A stretch of 64,000 bases of DNA from Camelus dromedarius (Eukaryota): the NCBI RefSeq assembly GCF_036321535.1, contig NC_087437.1, positions 48,114,001-48,178,000 on the forward strand, written 5' to 3'. This document shows positions 26,143 through 39,971 of the stretch, piece after piece. Both the position numbers and the translations under genes were made by a program. Positions within the stretch are counted from its first letter, which is position 1; each line of letters begins with the position of its first letter. Below the pieces are notes generated by a model. The model was not told where the DNA came from. It searched no databases and saw only the letters and a list, made by a program, of their open reading frames with translations.

Positions 26143-27096
26143 TTTTTCTCCAGTGAAGACATACAAATGGCCAATAGGCACATGAAAAAATGCTCAATAT
26201 TGATAATTATCAGAGAAATGCAAATAAAAACTACCATGAAGTATCACCTCACACCAGTCAGAATGGCCATCATTCAAAAGTCCACAAATGATAAATGCTG
26301 AAGAGGGTGTGGAGAAAAGGGAACCCTCCTATATTGTTAATGGGAATGCAGTTTGGTGCAGCCATTATGGAAAACAGTATGGAGATTCCTTTAAAAACTA
26401 AAAATTGAGTTATCCTATGATCCAGTAATCCCACTCCTAGGCCTATATCTGGAGGGAACTCTTATTCGAAAAGATACATGCACCCCAATGTTCACAGCAG
26501 CACTATTTACAATAGCCAACACAGTGTATAAACCTAAATGTCCATCGACAAATGACTGGATAAAGAAGTTGTGGTGTGTGTATGTATGTACATACATACA
26601 TACATGTGTACACACACATACATACAAAGGAATACTACTCAGCCATAAAAAGATAAGATAAAGCCATTTGCAGCAATGTGGATAGAACTAGAGATCATCA
26701 TACTAGGTGAAGTAAGCCAGAAAGAGAAAGAAAAATACCATATGAGATCACTTATATATGGAATAATAAGAAAAAAAGACACAAATGAACTTATCTACAA
26801 AACAGTAACAAACTCACAGACATAGAAAACAAACTTATGGTTACCAGGGTGGGAAGAGGGTGGGAAGGGATAAACTGGGAGTTCGAGCTTTGCAGATACT
26901 AACTACCATACGTAAAATAGACAAACAACAAGTTCCTACTGTGTGGCACAGGGAACTATATTTAATGTCTTGTAGTAACCTATAGTGAAAAAGAATATAA
27001 AATGGAATAGATGTATGTACATGTATGACTGAAACATGTTGCACACCAGAAATTGACACAACATTGTAAACTGACTAAACTTCAGTAATAAAAACT
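26143..27096 (+). mobile_element. 5'-truncated younger L1 (ORF2 C-terminus plus 3' UTR) with TSD
   Basis: gaagacatacaaatggccaataggcacatgaaaaaatgctc is the ORF2 end. TSD aaaataaattgcttc (26128-26142) / aaaacaaattgcttc (27097-27111). ORF remnants are disrupted. Confidence 0.95.
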
Positions 27097-29977
27097 AAAA
27101 CAAATTGCTTCAGTTTTTTAAAATGCAAAGTTTCCAAGGTTTTATATCTTCAGCTTAAAAGTTTAAGAATAATGAAGCCTGTTTGTCAGCTTTAATTTGT
27201 TTTATTCTGTACTAAACAATTTGATTAAAAAAATCCATCAACTGATGCACCATTGTTCTTTCTTTTTTTTTAGAAATTACTCCCATAGTTCACAAAAATT
27301 AATGTGTCAATTTTGGGACACATTTAAAGTTTAAAGATAGAAGCTGAGAGTGTAGGGAAGTGATAATTCGACAACCTTCGACTGGAAGAAAACTACTTCC
27401 ACGCTTAGTGTTTTTCTACAACAGAATTCATTAATTATTCACAAATTATACAAATGAGATAATTTTGTTAGCAAAAAGTGATGAATGAATGTTTTTTTCT
27501 ATTGAGAACATCCAACACAAAGCCGAGATGGTACATTCTCTCACCATTTCTTTAGTAAGTCACTTATTCATATGTTTCAAGAATGAGATCATTTGGTCAA
27601 AAAATACTATGACGAAGAATAAATAACAATTGTATTGAATGATCATTTGTGTGTGCATGTGTTTTTCCTAGATCACAAGACAGGAAGGAAATTTCACTCT
27701 GAAATGACCGAATCTTAGCGTTGTTTTGAAGAAAGGGAAGGAAGCCCCAATGGAGCATTAAAAACAAAACAAAACAAAACAGGTTTGCAAGAACTACGTT
27801 TCTGTGAAACCTGATATATGCAGTGTCAGAATAAGAGACACATTCCAGAGGCGGGGATCAGAGAGTGGGGCTGAGCAGGAAGGAAAAGACACGTACTGCA
27901 AAGTCTGGATGGCAGAGAAATAAAAGCACAACCACAAAAATGACAAGGTCAGGGCAATGGCAGAGCTCAGGCATCTAGGTCCAAAGTCAGGAGAGAAAGA
28001 AGGGGAGTTTACTCTCTAAATCCTCTCTGCTGTTTAAGTATCAAAATAAGAAAAAAGCATTTTTGTATGGTCTGTCTGTTCCTCAGTCATTTTTATTTAT
28101 CAGATTTTGAGTTTGTAACATAAATCAATTCAGTATAAATATTGCTACCCACAACTGCTTTTCAAAGCCCTTATGACACTGGATGCTGATCGAATCAGCA
28201 ATCAGGAGGGTTACATGCAGGGTTCATTAGACAAAGCGCTGGCAGCTCAATTCAGAATGGATGGATTTGGAAGCGAGAAGCTGAACAGTGGGCCAGGTTC
28301 ACAATCCCCACAGCCACCTGAAAGGGAGATGAGCAGCTGATCCCAGTGGAGAAGACCTGAGAGGTGAGCTGTGCAAAAACCGTCTGCTTCAACATAGAGC
28401 AAACACCTTGCAAATCTCAAGGAGGAGCTTCGAATCCCACTTTTAAAATCCTTCATATCTGTACCCTGATATATACCGGAGAGCTGTCACAAAGTTTGTG
28501 AGAACCTCTTTATGAAGTAGGAAGCATCTCATATAGACATCCTTTCATAAAAGTCTATCAGACAAATTAATAGAGTTAGCTGCACACTTGAAATACACAC
28601 TCTTCTCGAGTGATTTTTCTGGCTTGATTGGTATGCTTAGCTTACCAGCATGAGGGAGTTTAGAAGAAAGGATAAGAAGCAGTGAATTTAGGAAGGCAGT
28701 TCTAGGGGTAGATGATTGAAGCCAAGACTAGTGGCTACAGACCTGATTTCTAATATTCCCTGTGTTAAAAAATAACCTAGTGACGCAGTCAAGCTATTTC
28801 CCTACTCTAAGACTCAACTTCTTTTGGTTGAACTAGAACCAATATATTTAGAGTTCTTAGCAGCAGCACCCTTTCTTCAAACAAAACTCGTCTGCATCCT
28901 AGGGGCTGACTTGTTCTCGAAGGGTGGCATCACATACATGGACCCCTTCCTCCGTTCAACTGGGAACGGGTTCCACGGAGTACAATTAAAAACCACCAGG
29001 TTAGATTATCTTCTGAGTTCCTTCCAGCTCTATTGTCTACGGTTCTCAGCTTGACCAAATGAATCTATTTAAAAGGACAATACCACCAAAACACAAAACA
29101 AATCCCCAAACAACAAAACCAGTAAAAGCACAACAAACCTTCCACAGTGAAAGGTTGAATGGTTTCTTTTCAAGTTGTTTGTGCTCCAAATGGCTAAGTT
29201 TAAGCATCACTGTCCTTGGCTGTTATTTTCATATATCACATCATCTTTACTCTCAGCATGTCAGCTCTTGTCATTTCAATTTTGCATGTATTTTTGTCAG
29301 TGACTAAACATGCTGCCAGCACGTTTCCCCATTAGATTAAAAAAAAATGGGCCATTTGAAAATTACATAACATCAACATATTTTTCCAGCTTGGAAGTCC
29401 AGTTTTTTTTTTATGCTGCATATAATGAACATAGGCTGTACATTAATATTGTAAAATAAAGATATATAATGGCATTCAAGATATTTGTTGAACTTGAAGT
29501 GGTAACTCACGGTCTCTCTCTTGGTGATCACAGTTTTTAACTGAGCCCTGTGGTTCGCATTATTGTTTGGGAAACTGGAGAAGATGGACTGGTGGAGAAA
29601 AGCTGGGTGCTGGCTACTCCACCAGTCTGGTACCTTGTTTACTCTTTTTAGATGCTGAGTTGGTGAGAACAGAAGGTAGTAAAAACCCTGAACAGGTGGA
29701 AATATCAGCAGTATCTTCTGCTTCCAAATATTTGACCTACTCATTTTATCAGATAGGGATTCTTTATATTTTAGGGTAACCGGTTCCCTTTTGAGGTACT
29801 GAAAGCCATCTGACAACTATACCTAACGTCCATTATTTTAACCAGATGGACAACTAGGTTAGGTTAGTTTTCAAGGGAGAGGGTATAAAGTGGGAGAGAA
29901 ACAGCAGGAGAGCAGAGGCCTACCCAGGTCCATGTCACCATCCTCCTCTCCTTTGATCTTAGAGTCTCATGACTATA

Positions 29978-30305
29978 ACGGGTCACGAACTGGAACCCCA
30001 CGGCTGTATACAGACCCAGACTGTTCTGTCTGACTACATGTTGCTATAAAACTTTTAAATTTATTATAAACATTCAAAAAGCAGCAGATCAATTGCTTCT
30101 CTTGAAAAATCAGTATATGTGGTGATTCTGAGCCCATTTCAACAAGAGAGCAATTATTTGAAGTTGGTAGGTGCTGTCTGCTCTAGAGGGGCCAGTGGGT
30201 GACATTAGCCACTGTCCTCCTCACTCCCTATTTTTCTCACAAACAGTCTATTCCCTTCATTTCTGTACTTGGTTGATCCAAGGAGGTATTTGTATCTACG
30301 ACTTT
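29978..30305. mobile_element. MER102-like hAT-Charlie element
   Basis: gggtcacgaactgg...gcttctcttgaaaaatc...cactccctatt...gtatttgtatctacgac. Confidence 0.65.
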
Positions 30306-30399
30306 AGAATAGACTTTATTTTTTAGAATTATTATAACTCAGTCTTGAAGAAATCCAAGGGGATTCTACACCTAATAAATCTAAGGGTTTTACCACCAA

Positions 30400-30620
30400 C
30401 CCCAGCACCTATTACGCACCCACCACGCACTCTGCTAAGCATTTCTATATAGCAACTTACTTAATCCTAACAACTACCTTATGAAATAGGTAGTATTTCT
30501 TCATTGTATAGCAGAGCAGCCTGAGGCTCAGAGAGGCTGGTTGACTTTCCCAAGGTAATACAGCTGCTATCTGGCTGTAGCCTGTTTTCATTCAGATTCT
30601 GACTGTGAAGGCCCTGCTCT
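30400..30620 (-). mobile_element. MIR
   Basis: ttaatcctaacaactaccttatga...ctgaggctcagagagg...cccaaggt. Confidence 0.8.
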
Positions 30621-30929
30621 TGACCCTTGTGTAACAACTTTGCTAAATTCCCAGTGGCAACGCGTGCAGCGGCAGAGAAGCTGGCAGGCTCTCAAAGGCT
30701 CAGACTAGAGTACCTGGCCATGTCCTACAGAAGGCACGCAGATTGCTTACTGGTGAAGCAGTGGGAGGAAGCCAAGCGAAAATGTCGTGATGTAGCAACC
30801 AACTCGACGTGCAGGAAGCGTGAGCTGCTGGTGGAAAGAGCATGAGAGCAAACAGTGGTGGCCCTGGAGTCTGGACTTGGCTCTGACCGAAGGAGGCTGA
30901 GCTGGACACGAGGCTCTCAGAGAGGCATC

Positions 30930-31075
30930 CCCATTTGAACCTCACAACAGACGTCTGAGCCAGATGATATTATTCCATCTTACAGATGAAGAAACAGAAA
31001 TGCAGAGAACTTAAACTGCTCACTCCAAGGTCTTCTGCATAGCAAGTGGCAAAGCCGAGACTAGAAACTAGGATA
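30930..31075 (-). mobile_element. MIR
   Basis: ccatcttacagatgaagaaacagaa...caagtggcaaagcc. Confidence 0.75.
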
Positions 31076-32937
31076 ACAGCCTCTTTGTTTCTGGTCTCTC
31101 TCGCCTGCCTGTGTCACTCTACAACGAGTGGCCTTTTACCTTCAGATCTTTCTGACATGGCAGAAGACTCTAAAATTAAGATATTAGGTTGGCCCTTTTT
31201 GTTTTTCCTAGAATCAGAGGTGATGCCTAGGGGAATCGGTACACTAAACTGAAATGCATGAAGTGAAATAAAATAAAATAAACTCATCATTGTGAGTCTA
31301 TAAGGAAAAAAATAAAGATACTTTGCATTACTGTGATTTCCACGCCCCCCAATTTCCAATTACCGGTTACTCAGAACTATTTTCATATTACCTAACATAA
31401 ATAGATAATATCTTGGAATAAAACATGAGTGAAAGTGCCTTTATCTCAGTAATTTTTTAATTTAACCTGGTGCAAAACTTTCCCTTTGCCTTATACAATG
31501 TATATTGATGATAAATCTCTTTGCTGACAAAATGGCATTGATTGGACTACAGCAGTGAATCTTTCTTTACTCTGATCCTGATTTCAGAGAGACAGCAAAT
31601 TTGGAAAGATTCAGTCTCTCTCATCACAGATAAATATGGTTTATTTTCATTGAACCATTTCTCATCCATCAATCTTTCCTGAGGAAGATGCCAATAAGCC
31701 TATGTCTGGTGTGAGCATAACGGGGGCAACCACAGTTGCATAATATGCCTGGTCCTGCCAGAGTCTTAGATAATCCTGCTTCAGAATCTCTGGGCTGCTC
31801 CCTTGTCTCTGTTCTGCAACTCTAGAGGGGGCTTCAGTTCTTAATGACCAATATGGAGTTCCAAGAAGGTACCCAGCGAGAGTGTTATACGTGACACCAA
31901 GAGACAGGGTCTCATTCTCTGTAGGTCTCCTCAGAGGTAAATGGGATCTGAGTTATATTTAAATTAAGTTACCACATTGATATGGCAAAAAAAAAAAAAA
32001 AAAGCACTGCCCAGATGGTGCTGAGGACAACAAGGCAGTGACACACATCACTCCCATCCCTTTTACTATTTATGAGTCCAAGAATCAGGCCAGCTGCTTA
32101 GATGGTGGTATGACCACACTAACTGTTAGTACCAGAAGGAAGCTCAGCATTCTTTCCCGTTAATCTGTTTTTCTCATTCTTCCATTTTTCTTTCATGTTG
32201 GCCTTTATTTTCGTCTTTAGGATTCATTCCTACAATGACCAGTAGGATAAAGTTACAATCCTCCTTAAGTGCTTATGTGCTATTAGAACCACAAGAGGGT
32301 GGCCATACTGTGTCTCTTCTTTTCCTTTGGAGAAAAACCACAGAAATTCTAGTTTCCACTGCTTTCTGCTCAGGCCTCTCCTACAAATGTAAAAGGAGAC
32401 TCTCACAAAGGTTTTAAACTAGGAAAGGGATGTGTTGTCTCTCTCCATGGTGCTTCTCATGCCTGGTAGAGGCCCTCCCAGAGGAGGTGTGTAGGGAAAG
32501 GAAGGGTGAACAGATGGTAATAACCACCCTTCAGCTCTGCTTTTGTATACACTTTCTTTGAAGGGCATTTCTCTCCTAGCGAAGCCATATGAGCCAAAGA
32601 GGGAAATAAACAGTTAAGGCGTGTTTGTGGAAAAGGTTATCCCTGTGAGTGTTTGATAAATAAATACTGGTCAATTACAGTACTTCCCTAGTAGACAGTT
32701 ATTTTATACAACTAGAGCATTGAAGCAAAACAGCCTCTTAATTTCCATCTATCAGTTGACAGGTAATGGGTGACATTAGAGAGCTGTGTAGGATGACGGA
32801 CAGTGTATTGGACTAGACGTCAGGAGGGAAGGCTGGCTTCCAGAGCTCTCTCTGTACCTAACCAGGGACTTGGGGCAACCCAATTCACCTTTCTAGGTCT
32901 CAACATTCTTGTCTGCTAAATTGGGGGTGTGGGGTGG

Positions 32938-33304
32938 GGTTACAGACTGAATGTCTGTCTCCTCCAAATTCGTATGTTGTTGTAGCCCTACCCCCCAATG
33001 TGACCGTTGTAAGAGATAGGGTCTGTGAGGAGGTGATAATGGTTAAATGATGCCATAAGGATGGGGCCCTAAGCAGAAGAGGAAGAGACACCAGAGCTCT
33101 CTCTCTGTCTCTGCCATATGAGGATGTGAGGATACAGTGAGAAGGTGGTCATCTACAAGCCAAGAAGAGAGCCTTCACCAGAAACCAACCATGCCAGTGT
33201 GCTGATCTTAGACTTTCTAGCCTCCAGAGCTGTGAGAAATACATATGTGTTATTTAAGCCACCCAGTTTATGATATTTTATATGGGAAGCCAAGCTGACT
33301 AACA
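32938..33304 (+). mobile_element. MLT1A-like MaLR solo LTR
   Basis: gactgaatgtctgtctcctccaaattcgtatgttg...ctagcctccagagctgtgagaaa...gctgactaaca. Confidence 0.9.
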
Positions 33305-33705
33305 GGCGGTGATGATAGCTAATTAAAAAGATGATGGTTTACAGTTTATAAAGCACTTTAACAAATTTTATCTTCTTAGAGAAACTCTAAGAGGTGGGAA
33401 AAGTAGCGTATTATTTTACAAACAAGGAAGCAGAGTATTATTTGACAAATAAGGAAATACTTCACATCAAAGGCTACCACAGGATCACAAGGCTACTAAA
33501 TGGAATTCAGTCAGACTGCAAAGGTCTTTCAGGCACCATTTGTTGTAAATGGCTGTGGTCTTTTGTTTTTAGCATCATTACAGTGGATGTCTGTGAATTT
33601 CAGTTTTCAGATTTCAGGTAATGCCCCGGTGAAGAATGGTAGATTTATTACAAGGCATACATGTATTTTTTCTCTTTAGAACTGCAATAGCTATTTCCTC
33701 TGACC

Positions 33706-33884
33706 CAGCTGTTCTCACAAAGTATGATCTGGGACCAGCAGTGGGAGCTGAGGACTCAGAAATGCAAATTCCTGGGCACCACCTCAACCTGCAGAATCCG
33801 AAACTCTGGGGGTGAAGCCCTGCAATCTGTGTTCTGAGAAGCCCTCTAGGGGATTCTGCAGCTGCTAAAATTTGAGAACCGAGA
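33706..33884. mobile_element. MER5A
   Basis: cagctgttctca...agaaatgcaaattcctggg...tttgagaacc. Confidence 0.85.
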
Positions 33885-34464
33885 TTCTGGTCTCTCTACA
33901 CTTGTTCCCGTTGTAATGGGCTGACATTTGACATTTCCCCACCTTAGTGCACTGAAGAATATGCAGCTGCAACTCTGAGTCCTACAACCAACTCAATCCA
34001 CGACATACTGTTAAAATCGGTTTGAAATGCTGGAATCTACAAGCGTGTCCTCTTTACAATGATAATACTCTATAATTTTGTGTCAGCCTTGGTTACCTTC
34101 TTTAAGTCTGCTTGGAACTTGAAAATATTTTAGAAACAAAGCTATCTTGGTCCAGCATATCATAAACTTTGAATTAGGCTGACTCTATTCTAATTAAAAA
34201 CAGTAATTTAAAGTAGAATGAATTCATTATTTATTCAAAGTGTCTAATGTTTTCAATCACTTACTCAAGGTCCTTGACTGTCTACTCCCCCACCCCCATT
34301 CCCCATATCTCAGTAACTTGAGGGGAAATTCATTTGTAAATGAAATCTATTCCTAAATAAGATGCATCCCCTTCCAATCAAGAAAGTTTTAATAAGTAAT
34401 AAAGACAATCCAAAGTATATACTTAAAATTTCTTTACATATCTATTCTAGAAAGTCAAATATAG

Positions 34465-34572
34465 AACTAATTCTATATATTTTATTATAATTATATATAA
34501 AATAATTGTATATACGTATATTGTATATGTTATATAATATACATATAATGAAATATATGTATATACTTATAT
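34465..34572. repeat. AT-rich (TA)n low-complexity tract
   Basis: Directly visible. Confidence 0.8.
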
Positions 34573-35936
34573 CAAATGGGTTTTAGAGGCATGAAGATTT
34601 TTATTCATTGTTTCCTTTGATTGTTTTCCCATGCTTGAAGTTTAAAAGCTCTAGGGATTTCTGGAGGAAAATATGGACCTAAATGTCAATGTGACACATT
34701 TATATTTAAATGACTACAGAAGTGTGTGGATGTGTGTGATTACATATTAAATGGCATCTCCTATTACTTTAGGACATCAACACTGATCTAAGAATTCTCT
34801 AGAATGTTTTTGTGTGTATCTCAAAGAAATCTTGTCAATAACACTTCACAAAAAGAGAAACACAACATTGCCTCTTAAGAATAAAACCTGACACATTTCC
34901 AAAATTACTTTTCCTCATGTAGAAATAACACAGAAATCACTGTTTATTCCCTTGAATGTGGGCAGCCAGAGTGAACAAAATCCTCGTACTCTGTGCTGCT
35001 TCTGTTATTAATTTGCTTACACAGGCAAAATTGTGGGCTTTCTGTGGAAGTACAAGACTTGCAAATCACATGACCGATAAAATGGCATGTAGCTTGCACA
35101 GCATGTGTAGAGCCACAACTTCTGAATGGCAAGCTTAACGAGATTAGTAGACTTCTGCCCATCACAGCACCCCAACTATCTTGTTCATCTTCTTTAGATT
35201 TTCTTTTGGCACCATTTACTGAAAAAGCTTTTTGCAACTATATGAAGATTGCTAACAGACTTCTACCATGTTTCTGAAAAGACATAGGAAGACTAAACTG
35301 AACATAAAGATTCCTCCCAAAATACATATATTATATATAATATCTATGAGATGAAGCAATATCAGACAAATATATTTTACACACATCTACACACAGACAG
35401 ACACACTTTTAATGTTGATCTCATAAACTTAGGAAGAATTTGTTGTAGTATTATAAAGGCTAATTAGAATGTTTTCCCAAATATTTTACTTTGAGGTGTC
35501 AACACTGTCATTGTTTCAACCTAGGATTTGCTCATTACATCAACACCAAATAAACCTTCCCCCAAAAGAAGGACTATTCTCACTGCCAACAGCAAACACC
35601 AAAGCCAACTCATATTCATAATTACTCATCTTTTGAAACATGTTTTGACATGAATGACTCAGCAAAGCTGGGTCAATGCCAGCTGGTGCCAACTGGTCCA
35701 ATAGCACTGGAGGAAATATGATAACTATAGTAAGAAAAGCCTTATTTTCTGAAGAGGCAGGAAAGTGGGTTCTCTCTTTAAAAAGAGTCCGTATTAAACT
35801 TAGTTAATAAAATACGTTCAGGCACAACAACATAAACTCTGTGTAAAGTGCCACATTAAAAAAAGAACAATGACTCCCTTTTCTGACTCCCCAAATTTAC
35901 TTAAAACAAAAAGAAGCTTTAGGGAAAAAAAAGAAA

Positions 35937-35990
35937 AAGCAAGCAAGCAAGCAAGCAAGCAAGCAAAGCAAAGCAAAGCAAAGCAAAGCA
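35937..35990. repeat. (AAGC)n(AAAGC)n microsatellite
   Basis: Tetramer run switching to a pentamer run. Confidence 0.95.
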
Positions 35991-37564
35991 GCTTTGGGGG
36001 TAGAATGATACTAAAGAAGTCCAAAAAAAAGAGTAAGAATGTAACTGCTACATGAATAAGGAAGAAATAAAAAAACTTCATTTTAATAGAGAAATGTAGA
36101 GGTCTGTGTGTTCTCATAATATATTCAATTGTATTTTACTAGTTCGTTTGCCAGGGACGTCCAGTCCTTTAATCAGAATACCAGTCTACAGGGCAGGATC
36201 TATAGGAGATGAAGAGCACACCACCCCAAGTAATTATTCTGGCATAGTTAAAATGATAGCTAATAGCCTACCAGAGCACTCAGGCTCCAGTCCCACTTAT
36301 CTTATTAACTGAATTGACAATTTGGCACTAAGTAGAGATATAGGGCCAAATCCAATCCTCACACCCCCTTCATATACTCAGTAGCAGGAGAGTAAAGACA
36401 AAGCAAGAGAAACATGAAGGTATTTTGAGTGAACACTGTAGAATGGACGTATTCTCCACCTTTTGGGGAGATGCTTTATTCAGTCGGTTTTTCCCAGGAG
36501 ACCACTTCTGTTACCTCAGTTATTCCAGGCCTAACAAACAAGTCTGTAAGTCAATTGTTTCTGGTTCCTATCTTCTGATGGTCATTTTTCTTCTTCTTCT
36601 TCTTTTTTTTTTTTTTTTTCAGAAATAGACACAATGGCTCCTTTAATGCAATCACCACGATGCAAAACAAACTGCCTGGATAGGAAATTTTCCAAATTCA
36701 ACTTGGCTTTCTGTAACTTGCTGACTGCTTTCTTTCTAACCTCTTCATCTGCTCAGATGCCTGCGAATTATTTCCCTATCTCTACTGAAGCTTACATCAC
36801 CCTGAGAATCAGTGCCATTTACACATTAAATAGATGTGCAGCTATCTTGTCTCCCCTGATAATTAACAAAGACATTAAGGGCTAATGCCAATTCAGTGGC
36901 ATGAACTGGATACCTTCCATTACCTGGTATGTCATTGTTTATGGTCTATTAAGCAGTTTTCATTTCACCTTATGGGCCCATATGAAATCCAACCTAGATA
37001 TTTCTCAAATGACAGGCAATATTAAGGGATATTAAATATTTATTTTGGTTCTTTTTTTAAAAATCATCTCTAAATTTACTGCAGACAATCTGAGAAATTA
37101 AATTAGGCAACATCTATGTTTTAAACTTCTCAATTTTTAAAAGTCTTTTGTTCCCCACCCCCTAAATTATATTCATTGTTTTATAGTAATGGTGGTAGCA
37201 TTTCTCATTTTCAAAATAATACACTTGAAAAGTTCTTGTTTAAATCTTTTTTTCCAGCCAAATTATTACTGATGTATTGATTCATTTTTCAAGTAGGACT
37301 TTTGATTTCCAAAAGTTCTCTTATCTTGCTCTGCTTTATTTTTCATCATTCGTACACACAGAACATACATAGTGACATTATGCAGGAGTCAGTGGATCAG
37401 AGGCATCATCTGGAGGCTTAGTGGCTCTCAAGATCTACCTTGTTATGCAGGCCTCAGTCAGACAGGCTAACCCAGCCTCCAGGGCAGGGCTGAACAATCT
37501 AAGTGCTTTGGTTGTCAAAAATCTACAGTGCAACAGCAGAAAATATACGGAAGCATTCACTTAC

Positions 37565-37636
37565 CTGCTTCGGATCAACAATTATTTCCAGGTCTTCATC
37601 ACTGCTTAGTTTTCCATATCCTTTTTCTTTACTTTT
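37565..37636 (-). CDS. PEX5L: PEX5L/TRIP8b cassette exon 2, KSKEKGYGKLSSDEDLEIIVDPKQ (72 nt, phase 0/0)
   Basis: Acceptor tattctttcacaag|AAA and donor CAG|GTAAGT. The translation matches recalled human PEX5L residues KSKEKGYGKLSSDEDLEIIVDQKQ, including the YGKL motif. Confidence 0.96.
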
Positions 37637-39104
37637 CTTGTGAAAGAATAATTTTAAATGATCATTTAGTTTCTTTCCATTAATAACATTAATTCCTACT
37701 TAACACTTTTTAAAGACAAAAGTATTTACTTAGCCTTGTTCACTGGGCATAATGCATCATGCTTTATGTCAGTCCCTCACGGACAACATCAAATATCTTT
37801 ATTAAACTGCTGGCCTTTGCTTGGCCTCTTGCATCCAAATTATACCTTTAATGTGTTTCTGAATCTTGTTATGCTTCTTTTTTCAATTCTATATTTTCAG
37901 AAAAGATTCTTTAATGACTTGAGATAAATAAGCAATTTCTTAGAGTCCCAGCACATTTTTCTTAAAGACCGAAACCACATTTAGTACTTATACTATGTTT
38001 AAGACTTAAGTTATTGTTTTATTTTAATCCTTTATATATTTTTAAGAACAAGCAAGTATAACACAATTCAGATAATAAATCCTTAGATTTTCTACATTTG
38101 CTTATAAATCCAATGAAAACTAACTTTGGAAAAAACAATCCAGAAATAATTTTAAAAAGATAAATAATCTTCAAAATTAGGTAGTTTGAAAAGTTGGAAG
38201 AGTACAGACCATTTTGAAAAATGCACTTTATTGGCATTTTCTCCCCATCTACCCTCCCCATAGGAAAAGTTATAAAGTTAGGAAAGGACACAGATCATGA
38301 CAACCATTTTACTGTTGTGTTACAGGAGAAAGATAGTATGTCTGAGCCTTTTTTTCCTTTTTCCCAGTGCACTGGTTAAAGGAAATATCAGAAACTACAG
38401 TTGCTTCTTCATAATTTCAGAAAGCATAGTACCTCTGTAGAGGACCAGTAAGAAAAAGAAAAGAAAATTCACTACGTAGTTAGCTGTAGTCCAAGGTTAT
38501 TATTTTTTAAAAAACATTCCTTGCTTTATGTATTAACTACATCAACTAGAATTAAAGGACTTAAAAATACTTCTTAAGTTTGCATCTACTGTGCCATACT
38601 AGGATCCTCATCTCATCGGGAGAAGAATTACATCCTTTAACAAACAAGACATAAATCTTCTTTACACTGTGGGACACAATTCTTGTCTGTTTTTTCCCCT
38701 ATAACATTTCAAAACCAGATTTCCACATTTCCTCCCCAATAAACACACTTCCTATTTTTGTGGTTTTTTTTTTCTGTAATAAAGAGATTTTCTGAATCTT
38801 CAAGTATTAGGATGCATAAATAAAATCTGAATTCTCATTCATATATTAATGAGTTTAGCCACTTAGAACAGAACAGATGGCCACAGTACTTCTCTCTATT
38901 ATTATTCTTGTCCTCATTTGAGGTTCCATTTCAGGACTGATGGAAAACAAAAAGTACAAGGTTGGTTTTAATCAAGCTGACTTCCTTCCTATCACTTTGC
39001 TTTTGTATCCTTTTAGTCCACTGGTTGCCATAAAATATTGTCCAGAGACCCTCTAATGCAAAACATTTAGAAATGCCTTTCCGAATATTGATCTGTATAC
39101 GTAC

Positions 39105-39197
39105 CAAGTAGCTCATTTGCATGACCCGATTTCTGGACAAAAGGACATTAAGTAGAGATGGAATGTGGGTCCTTCCATCCATTTCACTGTCAGACAT
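39105..39197 (-). CDS. PEX5L: PEX5L/TRIP8b alternative first coding exon 1b, MSDSEMDGRTHIPSLLNVLLSRNRVMQMSYL (31 codons, phase-0 donor)
   Basis: ATG at 39197-39195 (context GGGATGT), 93 nt, ends TTG|GTACGT. The peptide matches the recalled TRIP8b exon 1b and is in frame with exon 2 about 1.5 kb downstream. Confidence 0.93.
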
Positions 39198-39300
39198 CCC
39201 AGAATTCTTTGTACCAGCAGCAGTGGCTACATTGCCAGAACTCACTGACCAGAGAACCACAGATCTTGCCCAGCAACCATATATATAATGTACCAAAATA
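39198..39300 (-). promoter_or_regulatory. Probable 5' UTR/core promoter region of exon 1b
   Basis: Immediately upstream of the 1b ATG. TATATAT run at 39287-39279 and Inr-like TCAGT at 39248-39244, although the spacing is longer than canonical. Confidence 0.45.
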
Positions 39301-39971
39301 ATCAAAGTATCCCTGAATCACTGTCTTGACTTCATAATCATTAGGAAATTTTTGGCTAGCACAAAAAGTCATTGAAACTAAAATTTCTCCTTTTCTAACT
39401 AATTTTTATCCAAGCATTTCTATGTTCCCTGATGGCTGTCCTAGTTTAATGCTCAACCCCCCACCTATTATTAATTATATACATTTTTATATTTCATCTC
39501 ACACATATGGACTACTCAGCTTCTCTGTCATAAGAGCCTTCAATTTTCCTTTTTAAGGCCCCACCCCAGACTTTCTTGTGATTAGCAAATCACCGCTAAT
39601 AGATATAAGAATGTTAGCATTCACAGAACATAATTCAAAATTGCCATTTCTGCCAGTACCAGATTTCACCTTTCCAATTTAATCTCAATTCCTTATCTGG
39701 TTTAGTAGTAAATCTTCCCAGGAAGAGGCTAGGTCAGGGAAGGAGATTATATCCCCAACTACTGTAAGGAGAAGTTGGCATTTTCCAACAGTGGGAGGAG
39801 GCATTTAGAGCTCTGGGTTTGTACTTAAGCCCTTAGTCTCCAAACAGCAGACAATTGTACACAGAGTCAGAAGCAGTTTTCCTCTTGAGTTAAGCAATAT
39901 TTTCTAGTTCACCCCATAACCCCAGGGGGATTAAGCCTTTTCTAAGCCATAATGGTTATTCGCTCACTTAC

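Noticed and set aside
26415..27059. Minus-strand ORFs within the L1
   Set aside because: Antisense frames of a truncated L1.
38931..39305. 124-aa ORF taken as a whole protein
   Set aside because: Only 39105-39197 is exon 1b; the rest is non-ATG upstream sequence and read-through past the donor.
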